Shown piece by piece: positions 52,231 through 64,000 of a stretch of 64,000 nucleotides of DNA (its first letter is position 1; every line of letters starts with the position of its first letter). Under the pieces are notes generated by a model. The model saw nothing but the letters and a program-made list of their open reading frames with translations, did no database searches and had not been told where the DNA came from. The DNA comes from Octopus bimaculoides (Eukaryota). The stretch covers positions 40,668,325-40,732,324 of the forward strand of contig NC_068994.1 in the NCBI RefSeq assembly GCF_001194135.2, given 5' to 3'. Made by a program: the position numbers and the translations under genes.

Positions 52231-52573
52231 TTATTTGTATGATTCTGCAGAAAGATATTGCAAAATGACAATAATAAAATACATAGCTATATAAATTTTA
52301 CATTACAAAATACATGAAAAAAAAAAAAAAAAAAATTTCAGGGTTGCAATGGACTCTTCCATGCATGTAAAGCTAATTTGTCATATCAAAAGAATAAAGG
52401 GTCAAAGTTGGTTTTAAGGAAAGGCACTTCAAGACATTTTGTTATTGTATTTCGAATAATTTTGTTACTGTTTTGTTTATCTAGAACAAGTATAGAATAA
52501 GAGAGTAGTAATAATGTACATGGAAATATGAAATGCCTAAAGTGGAAAGCATTTGCAAGCTAAATAATATATA

Positions 52574-52611
<38 letters not shown>

Positions 52612-52649
52612 CATACACATGCATGTGTGTGTACATGTCTGTGCATGTG

Positions 52650-52713
<64 letters not shown>

Positions 52714-53799
52714 CACACATATGTACATATATATATATGTGTGTATCAAATTGTTGGAAGATTATAAAGAGGAAAGTGTGGAGGATTTGAAAGATGATGT
52801 AGAATAATGTTTAAAGTAATGAGATAGAAACAAGCCTTCCAGGCTTACATGGACATGGCTGTAAAGAATCTACACATATTAGTTGTATCTCTTCACTTTT
52901 ATTAATATTGTTTTAAGTCTGCTAGAATAAGCAGATGATGAGTTGAAATATGTATCTGAAATATGGTTCTTCAGTTTCTCTTAACCATTATGGTTAAGAC
53001 CAGGAATACTGTATTTGTCTGACAAATATATAGATATTCTAATTGTTCTTTCATGAGATCTTTGCCTTTATAAGGTTCATTCATAGTTAGTTTATCTTTC
53101 TTTTTAATTTGAACAGCAATATAATGTCGATCAAGCAGCAATGTTCTATATGTGTGTGTGTGTNNNNNNNNNNGGGGGGGGTACATGCGTGGGTGCATAT
53201 GTGTGTGTGTGTGTATCTATATGTATCTATATATATATTTACCTGTTTGTTTATTCCTTCCTTTAGTCTTTTATGTATGTGCTTACCATATTTCTGTGTG
53301 TATTTTTATTTCATATCCCTATTTATTTTTGAGAAATCGGAATGTTCAATATATCCACCTACCTAAGTATTTCCCTCCTAGATGTCACTCCCAACCCACC
53401 TTTTTTGTTTTAGTTCTTTTTTGTGACGGGTTTGCCTTAGTTTATTTCTTTTTTTTTTTTTATCATCATTTTCAATGCCAGCACTTCATAATTCACCAAG
53501 CATGCACTTTATATATCTTTGAGCTAAGAATATTTTCCTAACGAGGAGTGACTTAGATCTTATTTGTTATTATTATTCTTATTATCATTGCTGTTGTTGT
53601 TGTTGTTGTCATTGTTGCTGCTGCTACTGCTGCTGCTGCTACAACTGCTCATTTTTTTCTTTGTTTTGTAATATTTTTTTTTCCTGGGAAAGTACTTTGC
53701 TTGTTAAAAAAATTGTAGTTTCTAAACAAGATAACAGCAAAAATAATGGCACGAAGATGAAAAAAACTGGGATATAACAATACAAAACAATGGATGTGT

Positions 53800-53845
<46 letters not shown>

Positions 53846-55187
53846 ATGTGCACGTATGTGTATACATACATACATACATATNNNNNNNNNNNNNNNNNNN
53901 NNNNNNNNNNNNNNNNNNNNNNNNNNNNNNNNNNNNNNNNNNNNNNNNNNNNNNNNNNNNNNNNNNNNNNNNNNNNNNNNNNNNNNNNNNNNNNNNNNNN
54001 NNNNNNNNNNNNNNNNNNNNNNNNNNNNNNNNNNNNNNNNNNNNNNNNNNNNNNNNNNNNNNNNNNNNNNNNNNNNNNNNNNNNNNNNNNNNNNNNNNNN
54101 NNNNNNNNNNNNNNNNNNNNNNNNNNNNNNNNNNNNNNNNNNNNNNNNNNNNNNNNNNNNNNNNNNNNNNNNNNNNNNNNNNNNNNNNNNNNNNNNNNNN
54201 NNNNNNNNNNNNNNNNNNNNNNNNNNNNNNNNNNNNNNNNNNNNNNNNNNNNNNNNNNNNNNNNNNNNNNNNNNNNNNNNNNNNNNNNNNNNNNNNNNNN
54301 NNNNNNNNNNNNNNNNNNNNNNNNNNNNNNNNNNNNNNNNNNNNNNNNNNNNNNNNNNNNNNNNNNNNNNNNNNNNNNNNNNNNNNNNNNNNNNNNNNNN
54401 NNNNNNNNNNNNNNNNNNNNNNNNNNNNNNNNNNNNNNNNNNNNNNNNNNNNNNNNNNNNNNNNNNNNNNNNNNNNNNNNNNNNNNNNNNNNNNNNNNNN
54501 NNNNNNNNNNNNNNNNNNNNNNNNNNNNNNNNNNNNNNNNNNNNNNNNNNNNNNNNNNNNNNNNNNNNNNNNNNNNNNNNNNNNNNNNNNNNNNNNNNNN
54601 NNNNNNNNNNNNNNNNNNNNNNNNNNNNNNNNNNNNNNNNNNNNNNNNNNNNNNNNNNNNNNNNNNNNNNNNNNNNNNNNNNNNNNNNNNNNNNNNNNNN
54701 NNNNNNNNNNNNNNNATATATATTAAAGAAATTCAGATAATGAAATACAAATTTTCATAGCAATTGAATAAGTTAGATATTTGTAGTTCTATCCAACCTA
54801 CACCTAGAATTTTTCAGTACTAGTTCTCTTTGTATTTAACTATTGAGTCATGTACATTTTGCCCTTCTCTCTTATGCAGCTTAAGAGAAATAAAAATAAT
54901 TTGTGTTTCACTCAAGACCATAGTATAGGTTAACAATATTTTGGACGGATGTAAAATTGGACCTTTCAGTCTAACGCACAAAGGCTTTCATCCTTTCTCC
55001 TTAGCTATTTTATTATGAATTGCTTCTAGTTTATTATATGTTAGGAACATATATATTTTTAAAGAATTTGAAAAATAGCCGCAAATATTTGATAAAGGCC
55101 ACTCATGTAAAAGAATTTTATCAATTATTTAACATATTTCTGATATTATTTTATTGGCCCTAATGATATAAAAGTCAGAGTCTAGAC

Positions 55188-55504
55188 CAGTGATTCCCTT
55201 TTTCAGGCTGCTGCTTCCTTGACACCCTGGCTACTTTCCTTGACACCCTGGCTACTTTCCTTGACACCCTGGCTACTTTCCTTGCTCCACAACCACAACC
55301 GTAGGCCACTTTCTGCTGCAAATTCAAAACAACTCTATTTCACAAATAAAACTTAACCTAATTTATCCATTATTTTGGAATTTTTTGCATTCAAATGCCC
55401 CCTTTTTGGCTGCCCCAGCTATTGCCCATTTTTATTCAATGACCACCCCTTGGATCTTTCCACCACCCTCAAAGAGGCAGTACTGTCCACTTTGGGAACC
55501 ACTT
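55188..55504. mobile_element. hAT (Charlie-type) MITE, 317 bp, with internal 21-bp tandem repeat
   Basis: Termini cagtgattccc and gggaaccactt. 8-bp TSD GTCTAGAC (55180-87) and GTCTAGAT (55505-12) fits the NTCTAGAN preference. ttccttgacaccctggctact x3 at 55215-55277. Confidence 0.8.
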
Positions 55505-56121
55505 GTCTAGATTATCTTTTTCTAATGTTATCTTTCACTAAACTAGTCACTGATTTTCAGTTTAGAATCAAGATAGACATTAAATGTCTCTAGATACTCT
55601 CACGACAGCTATTAAAATAATGACTGCAATTTATTTATAACACTTAGTGGCATTCCAATGAAATAGATGGAAGGGTGAAATTGAGAAACACTGATAAGAT
55701 GCCTTATTTAGTTAACTCTTTAAACCATATATTTACTCATGTAAAGCTAGTTGGGGTTACTCAACAATACACAGTGATTGTGCCCTTTTATAAAGCTGGC
55801 TCTATATGATCATTGAATGAGAAAGATATTTATTTCTTAAAAATCTGCTCACTTTTCATCACTATGCTGTTTTCCTGCTGCCAGAAGTCAATGTACCACC
55901 TGAAATTAAAACAAGTAGCTTCTATTATAAAGCAGGAGAACACTATGATAAAAGGTCTAAATAGATGAAACCAAACCAACTGGTTTTCTTTCAATACTGC
56001 AGTGTCAGAATTATCAGAATATTCATAGAGTGTCCATTCTTGAAACTGTTTTTTATGTTCTTAAGAGGCCCTTTAAGAAATGAAACTGAGCAGAGTAGGG
56101 CATCTAAAGAGTGTGTGTGTG

Positions 56122-56183
<62 letters not shown>

Positions 56184-56285
56184 CATATATATATAAAATA
56201 TACATGTATGTATGTATGTATATATGCATATACACAAATACAAATATGCACATATATTTATGTATACATATATAAGTATATATGC

Positions 56286-56335
<50 letters not shown>

Positions 56336-56739
56336 ATGTATATGTATATATATATATGTATACATACATACACAGCCAGATATATATACATAGACATTTT
56401 CATACGATTTTCCCCAGTTTTCAATGCAATAAAGACAAAAAGTCACAAAATATTGGTTGTCTTCAGATTTCATAAGTAATTTTCTTAAAACGTTAACTGT
56501 TCATCCTCAGTAAGCAAATTTTATTATTTTTATTTTTTGTAATATATATTTATATGTGTGTGTGCGCGTGCATGTGTATATATGTAAATATATGTATACA
56601 CATACACATATATATATTGTTGTATTTTGGGCTGGCCATTTTTTTTTTCTTCCCAAATCAACACCCGTCCCAAATTACAACAATATCTGTTTCAACACAC
56701 GACTTCACATCAGGAATCTTGCTACACAAATTCATAAAC

Positions 56740-56802
<63 letters not shown>

Positions 56803-57731
56803 NNNNNNNNNNNNNNNNNNNNNNNNNNNNNNNNNNNNNNNNNNNNNNNNNNNNNNNNNNNNNNNNNNNNNNNNNNNNNNNNNNNNNNNNNNNNNNNNNN
56901 NNNNNNNNNNNNNNNNNNNNNNNNNNNNNNNNNNNNNNNNNNNNNNNNNNNNNNNNNNNNNNNNNNNNNNNNNNNNNNNNNNNNNNNNNNNNNNNNNNNN
57001 NNNNNNNNNNNNNNNNNNNNNNNNNNNNNNNNNNNNNNNNNNNNNNNNNNNNNNNNNNNNNNNNNNNNNNNNNNNNNNNNNNNNNNNNNNNNNNNNNNNN
57101 NNNNNNNNNNNNNNNNNNNNNNNNNNNNNNNNNNNNNNNNNNNNNNNNNNNNNNNNNNNNNNNNNNNNNNNNNNNNNNNNNNNNNNNNNNNNNNNNNNNN
57201 NNNNNNNNNNNNNNNNNNNNNNNNNNNNNNNNNNNNNNNNNNNNNNNNNNNNNNNNNNNNNNNNNNNNNNNNNNNNNNNNNNNNNNNNNNNNNNNNNNNN
57301 NNNNNNNNNNNNNNNNNNNNNNNNNNNNNNNNNNNNNNNNNNNNNNNNNNNNNNNNNNNNNNNNNNNNNNNNNNNNNNNNNNNNNNNNNNNNNNNNNNNN
57401 NNNNNNNNNNNNNNNNNNNNNNNNNNNNNNNNNNNNNNNNNNNNNNNNNNNNNNNNNNNNNNNNNNNNNNNNNNNNNNNNNNNNNNNNNNNNNNNNNNNN
57501 NNNNNNNNNNNNNNNNNNNNNNNNNNNNNNNNNNNNNNNNNNNNNNNNNNNNNNNNNNNNNNNNNNNNNNNNNNNNNNNNNNNNNNNNNNNNNNNNNNNN
57601 NNNNNNNNNNNNNNNNNNNNNNNNNNNNNNNNNNNNNNNNNNNNNNNNNNNNNNNNNNNNNNNNNNNNNNNNNNNNNNNNNNNNNNNNNNNNNNNNNNNN
57701 NNNNNNNNNNNNNNNNNNNNNNNNNNNNNNN
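56803..57731. other. Assembly gap (largest of ~16 N-runs totalling about 6 kb)
   Basis: Other large gaps: 12948-13401, 14198-15001, 18258-18554, 20845-21317, 24052-24957, 40203-40602, 42321-42718, 53882-54716. Nearly all abut microsatellites, and small exons could be hidden in them. Confidence 0.99.
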
Positions 57732-57732
57732 N

Positions 57733-57805
<73 letters not shown>

Positions 57806-58353
57806 GAGTTTGATGATATAACCTTTATTCTTGTAAGAATCATGAGATCAAAATGCAGATTAACATTCAGTGAGTGTAGTAAGTATTGAAGCAGTTTCTT
57901 TTCAATTCAGCCAATATAAAAGGGAAATACTTCTAAACTCTGTAATTAAAAGGCAAACCCATCCCAGATCTCTTTTGTTTGCACTAATTGACTTCATACA
58001 TCGGTTATTGATGAAGATCTGTAAATTATGTGAAATCCTAGCTCTATTCATGACTGAAATTTTGAAGGTAAAAAAAACAACAAAGCAATGTAAAATCTTT
58101 AAATCTATGAATTTGTATTGCATCTTTCATCACTGTTGTAAAAACACAAATTTATTTTCAATTTGCCATGAAAAATATTAATGATTTCCTAACCCTTTAC
58201 AACTAAATTGTTTTAAAGTTTTAAATATTCACCAAAATTTGAACACAGATGAAATACTAAGATTATATTTCTGAATATTCCAAAGTAATTTCTTTCTCTT
58301 TTTTTCTCTTGTTCTTGTAAAATAGTAATTATATTAATGAATAATATACTCAC

Positions 58354-60804
58354 TTGGCTAGCTAATTCTGTAGTTGCTGTACAATAAACACCAGTGAACA
58401 AACTTTTCTTGTTATGACCTGAGTCAAATCGAGAATGAGGTTCTGCTTTTAACTGGATTGGTTGAAGAGCTTTAGATTTTGCTTCTTCTGATATCGCAGC
58501 TGGTACATCATATTGTGAACACATTGGCTCACAGAAATATTCAGTTTGTCTATTTTCATCCAAGAATTTATCAGCATTATCAACTTCATTAGAGTAGTCG
58601 GAATTTCTTTGATGGCTGCTTTTAACAATACATATTGTTATAGCTACAACAAAAACTACTGAGATAGTAACTGCAGCCACAACAATGATTATAAATAAAT
58701 TGATATGTATCTTGTCATCAGACTGCGTATTAACTGTGGCAAACATTGTGGAAGTTTTGTTACTAACAGTCAATGTTAAAAATAAAGTAGTAGTTGCTGA
58801 TAAAACAGGAGTACCACTGTCTTTGACAGCTAATTTAAGATCATATGATCCGGCATCATTTTGGTAAACTGTACGAGTAAAAGACAAAACACCTGAAAAT
58901 TGGTTTATTGCAAACAGATGTTTGTCATTACCACCAAGGATTTCATATTTGAGAAAAGCATTTTGGCGTCTGTCTCTGTCAGAAGCTTTCAGGACTGTGA
59001 TATCATTTTTACTTTGTGGATGATAGTGGACATCTAGACTAAAAGGGTTAACACTGGGAAATATGAAATATGGAGCATTGTCATTTTCGTCCATAACTTC
59101 AACAACAACATTTGCTGTGTTGTTTAAAGAAGGATTTCCATTGTCTCTGACAAACACCTGAAATTTATATATTTCTTGTCTTTCTCTGTCCATCGACTGA
59201 GTGGTTAAAATGAATCCAATATCAGATATTTGAAAAGGAAATGACTGTTCTCTAATCCTTAGAAGAGAGTAGGTAAGTTTTCCTCCAGAACCAAGGTCAG
59301 GATCAGTTGCATTGATAAACCCTACAGGGAAACTAGGATCTTCATTTTCGTAAGTAAGAAATTTGAATGTCTCTTTTGTAAATTGTGGTTGTACATCATT
59401 AACATCCATTACCTGAATAGAGAACTTCTGTTCTGTTTTCATTGAGGGTGATCCTTTATCTTGGCAAATGATAATGAATTCAATGTGACTTTCTTTCTCT
59501 CTGTCAACCAAATTCTTGAGGATAACTTTATATTTATTTTTGCCAAGACTTTGAAGTTTAAATTTTTCATGATGAAGGTTACATACAACTTCTCCATTTT
59601 TGCCAACATCATTGTCAGAAACCTTTACATATGCAATAAAGCTGCCAACTTTCATCCCTTCTGATATGGTAGCCATATTGTCAGAGGACTTAGAAACAAA
59701 GTTCATTTCAATAACAGGAGCATTATTCTGCTGGTTGACAACGTTGACTTGTACCATAGCAACAGAAGTTAAAGGTGGGTTTCCTCCATCAGTGGCTTCG
59801 ACATACAGTTCATATGTCTGACGCTTTTCATAGGGAAAATCTTCCTGAAGGAATATTTCTCCAGTTATTTCATCCAATCGAAACTGTAATTGAGCTGTGT
59901 CTGCAGTTTTTGAACTAAAATGATAGGTTACCCTGCCATTTTTATCGGCATCAAGATCAGTTGCATGTAAAGCAATAACTAATTTGTTCTTCTGGTACTG
60001 ATTATTGACAGTAACATTATATGAGCTCTGTGAGTATATAGGAGGATTATCATTGACATCTGTGACTGTAATCTTTATACTCAAAACTCCTTGTTTTGGT
60101 GGAGATCCTCCATCATTTGCAATAACTTGCAATGTGTAAGTATCCTTGACTTCTCGATCTATCTCTTTCTCTAAATTAATCCCAAGATTATAAGCTCCAT
60201 CAAATCTCTTAGAAAAACTTAAAGTAAACAACTCATCACTATTCTCCTTCAGTTGGTAAGTTATTTGTGAATTTTTCACACTAATATCTCTATCAACCGC
60301 ATTAGGAATCGATCTCATTGTGCCCTTCTTGTCTCCATCAGAAAACTGAAGATTAATATGTTTACTTGGAAATTCTGGTTGGTGGTCATTAGCATCTTCT
60401 ATTACGACTTTAATTTCCAAAATTTTAAAGAATGATTGATCTTTCTGAACAGCTACATCAACCATTCTGAAGCATTCAGTATTATATTTACAGAGAGATT
60501 CAGCATCGAGTGTCTGCGCAGTAAATATTTTCCCTGTATTAGTGACTTTAAATAGTTGGTTGTCACTCAGGACATTTTTCTGCAGTTGGTTAAACCGTAT
60601 CGAACTATAGTCTTTGGACAAAATACTATCCATCAGATGAGTATCTGTTGCAATATCTCCAAGGTAACTGTTTGGACTTCTGCCTTCTTTAACGTAATAA
60701 ATAAAGTCTGTACAGAAGCAGGTCTGGTAAAATATTTGTAGCACAAAGATCTTCATAAACATTTCTCTGACTAGAGATGACAGCCATATGTGATGAGAAT
60801 TCAT
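58354..60804 (-). CDS. Pcdh: Protocadherin, large first coding exon: signal peptide, EC1-EC6, TM helix, proximal cytoplasmic domain
   Basis: 817 open codons from ATG 60804 (MNSHHIWL; alternative ATG 60762 MFMKIFVLQIFYQTCFC is signal-like). Six cadherin repeats with DANDHQP, DVNDNPP, NQQNNAP, DVNDVQP and DENDNAP linkers plus DRE and DxD motifs. EC1 has the protocadherin motif LDAESLC-x5-C. TM is LFIIIVVAAVTISVVFVVAITICIV (~58624-58698). Exon ends at CAA|GTGAGT (phase 0). The paralogue cannot be named. Confidence 0.97.
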
Positions 60805-60846
60805 ATTTATTGTTTTCGAAATTTCCGAGATAATAACTGAATGAAT

Positions 60847-60885
60847 CTGAAATATATGGAGAAAAGAGAGAATTAAATAAAAAAG
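60847..60885 (-). promoter_or_regulatory. 3' splice acceptor of the large protocadherin exon (exon starts 60846, 42 nt before the ATG)
   Basis: Minus strand reads ttttttatttaattctctcttttctccatatatttcag|ATTCAT: long polypyrimidine tract plus CAG. Confidence 0.75.
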
Positions 60886-61494
60886 ATTTAAATAGATAAT
60901 TATAACTTTACTATTATTATTATTTATTGGGGGAGGGGACAAAATAAAACCTAAATCATAAAGTGTGTTGTCAAATGTATACATTTGTATAGTCAATATA
61001 CCCATTGTGTGTGTGTGTATGTGTATGATTATATACATGTACATATATATAGCTATACACACACACATATATATATATATATATACACATATATATAATT
61101 ATACACACATATATATATAATTATGCACATATATACAATTATACACACATATATGCATGTATATATGTGTGCAAACATCCAGGCACATACACACACACAC
61201 ATAAATAATTTATTCATGGCAATTTGATCAAAATGAAGATTAGGTAGAAGATAGGCATGATAGTGATGGATCAGAGTAAATATGGCAAAATAGTTCAAAA
61301 GTAAAATAATTTAGTTTGTTGTGAAAATGATGAAAGAAATCTAACAGTTCAAGAACAAATTTAGAACCACATGGTTCGAAGTGAATGTCTTAACATAACC
61401 ATGTTTGCATCATAAGTATACATATATCTATAGACAGAGATAGATAGATAGAGGTAGAGGTAGACAGATAGACAGATAAATAGATAGATAGATG

Positions 61495-61532
<38 letters not shown>

Positions 61533-62304
61533 CAGATAGATAGATAGATACATACATACATACATACATAAATACATACATACATACATACATAGAGGTA
61601 GACAGACAAACAGACAGATAGATAAATAGATAGATAGAGAGAGAGAAAGAGAGAGAGAGAAAAGAGAGAGAGAGAAGAGAGAGAGAGGAAGAGCAAGAGA
61701 GACAGAGACAGACAGATAGATAGACAGATAGATAGACAGAGAGACAGAGAGACAGACAATCAGACAGATGGATGGATTGATAGACAGATAGATTTGTATA
61801 TACTGTATGATTTTACACATACACTCATACACACATATAAAGGGAATGAATGTATGAGAGAGATAGATAAGGGTGAGGTGGGGGTTGATCGAGACAGACA
61901 CGAACATTTATGTTTACAGAGACGGTGTCCAATATATAAATAATATTTTATTAAAAGCTGAAACTTTCTGAATGATAACTCAGAGTTTCACATTACCAAT
62001 AATTCACACAATTCCTGAAGGTGATACATAGTAGGATCAAACCAGACACTACATTGCTATAAAGCAAAGTGAACTTCTTGACCATGTGGCCATACCATCG
62101 CCATATCTACCAATGGAGAGTCTTCGTGCAAGGAAGCCATTCCATCTGGAATGCTGAGAAGCATCCAAGCATGAGTTGCAAGAAATAATGTTTGCTCCTT
62201 GTTTACACACTAATTCTGCTGCCGCCATGAATCATTGCTTTTCATCATTGTTGTCATAATATAATAATGCTTTATGAACTTGAAGGTCCCGACTGTCTTA
62301 GTAA

Positions 62305-62750
62305 ATGTGTGTGTGTGTGTGTGTGAGACTATGTATAACAGTGAGTGTGTATGTGTGTCCTCGTGTGTGTATGTGTGTCCTCGTGTGTGTATGTGTGTCA
62401 CCGTGTGTGTATGTGTGTCCTTGTGTGTGTGTGTGTGTGTGTGAGACTATGTATAACAGTGAGTGTGTATGTGTGTCCTTGTGTGTGTATGTGTGTCCTC
62501 GTGTGTGTATGTGTGTCCTCGTGTGTGTATGTGTGTNNNNNNNNNNNNNNNNNNNNNNNNNNNNNNNNNNNNNNNNNNNNNNNNNNNNNNNNNNNNNNNN
62601 ATGTGTGTGTGTGTGTGTGTGAGACTATGTATAACAGTGAGTGTGTATGTGTGTCCTCGTGTGTGTCTGTGTGTCTGTGTGTCCTCGTGTGTGTATGTGT
62701 GTCCTCGTGTGTGTATGTGTGTCCTCGTGTGTGTATGTGTGTGTGTGTGT
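62305..62750. repeat. Higher-order minisatellite: 20-bp unit tcgtgtgtgtatgtgtgtcc with a recurring gagactatgtataacagtga block
   Basis: Block starts at 62325, 62443 and 62621. Interrupted by gap 62537-62600. Confidence 0.9.
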
Positions 62751-63134
62751 GCATGTAAATTATACATATACATACACACTCACACACACTCATGTGTATA
62801 CAAACACATGCGCATATATATGTGCATTCACATGCTTCATCACTACCATCATCACCATCATCATCGTCATTATCATCGGCATTGTCATTGTCATTGTCAT
62901 CGTCATCACCATCGTCTTCGTCACCACCACCACAACCACCACCACGATCATCAACATCACTGCCACAACTATCATCCTCATCTACACAACCACCACCACC
63001 ACCACCATCATCATGGTCATCGTCATCATCATCATTATCATCATCTTCATCCACTCAATGAATTATACATATCCTGTTTATATCTAAACACACATGTATA
63101 TGTATGTGTATTTATGTGTATGTATACATATGTG

Positions 63135-63270
63135 TGCATGTGTGTGCATGTGAGAGGTGTGTGCGTGTGCATATGAGAGGTGTGTGTGTGTATCTGAGGA
63201 GTGTGTGTGTGTGCATGTGAGGAGTGTGTGTGTGTGCATGTGAGGAGTGTGTGTGTGTGCATGTGGGGAG
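63135..63270. repeat. ~24-bp minisatellite gtgtgtgtgtgcatgtgaggag
   Basis: About five diverged tandem units. Confidence 0.8.
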
Positions 63271-63382
63271 ATGTATGTATATATAGAACATCAATTTGAT
63301 CGATATCTCAGTTCACCATCAAGCACTTTACATTAATTCACTCAATCACCTTTTCTATGTGTGTGTCTGTATGTATGTCTAA

Positions 63383-63448
<66 letters not shown>

Positions 63449-64000
63449 CCACATACATATATAGGTGGTGGTGAGAACAAGAGGGTGAGAGAGAGAAAAA
63501 AAGATAACGATATATACTTATGTTCTTTTTTATTCATTACAATCATTGGACTGCAGTCATTCTGGGGCACCACTTTGAAGGGTTTTAGTCAAACATATCG
63601 ACCCCAGTAATTATATCAGTCTAGTACATACTTTATTGATCTATAGGTTCTTAAAACTGGCACTTTGTAAAAACATGCAACTTTTTTTCTTTTTTGTCTT
63701 TACACAACAATGGTTTTACAATGTTAATCATAAATACATGCGGTTACAAACATATATAGATTTATATATGTATTATGCTTGTATCTATCTATCAATCTAT
63801 ATATTTGCTGAGGCAGACTTTCTACACCTTGATGCTCTTCCTATCACCAACCTTGACCTTTTTCCAAAGAAGGTAATATTTTCATGGAAGATTGAAAACA
63901 GAAGACACTTTGCATATGACAGTGACATTCATTTTTCCTTTACAACTAACAAGCAATGTTTTAGTGAGACACCAACTCACACACATACATAATATATATA

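Noticed and set aside
55853-55899. 47-nt minus-strand exon-like segment (ttttaatttcag|GTG ... AAA|GTGAGC)
   Set aside because: In phase 0 it reads VVH* at once. It could only be a poison exon, and there is no supporting evidence.
58213-58353. C-terminal read-through VSILFINI...EYLKL of the same ORF
   Set aside because: It begins at a consensus GTGAGT donor and is AT-rich and intron-like. Valid only if the intron is retained.
60805-61068. N-terminal 88-aa extension of the 951-aa ORF
   Set aside because: It runs through microsatellite and polypyrimidine tract upstream of a strong acceptor, and the signal peptide starts near 60804/60762.
62305-62750. CRISPR-like periodicity
   Set aside because: Eukaryotic context, intervening sequences are themselves repeats, and there are no cas genes.

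Overview
Eukaryotic, AT-rich (CpG-poor), microsatellite- and SINE-dense genomic DNA with about 6 kb of N gaps. The protocadherin type and repeat content suggest a coleoid cephalopod, probably Octopus; this is inference. The only clear protein-coding gene is a minus-strand protocadherin. One 2.5-kb exon (60846-58354) encodes the signal peptide, six cadherin repeats, the TM helix and the proximal cytoplasmic tail, and ends at a phase-0 GTGAGT donor. I propose small downstream cytoplasmic exons at 44628-44487 (phase 0 to 1) and 26642-26377 (terminal, ends WNLPSKNSFTSFTKPLPAVP*). Weaker candidates lie at 45367-45284, 26731 (alternative acceptor, different frame), 34200-34097 and 3182-3084. The introns hold a decayed Tc1/mariner element with TIRs, two Penelope-like GIY-YIG fragments, RTE and CR1-group LINE remnants, mariner- and hAT-derived MITEs, several tRNA-head SINE families and many simple repeats. 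The most interesting observations are the dual-frame, multi-splice-site terminal block, a non-canonical calcium-binding EC3-EC4 linker, minimal hammerhead-ribozyme motifs beside the Penelope remnants (including a repeated CUGU core variant), and inverted repeat pairs that could form ADAR substrates in the pre-mRNA. Nearly all other ORFs in the supplied track are microsatellite or gap artefacts. No rRNA, true tRNA or CRISPR array was seen.
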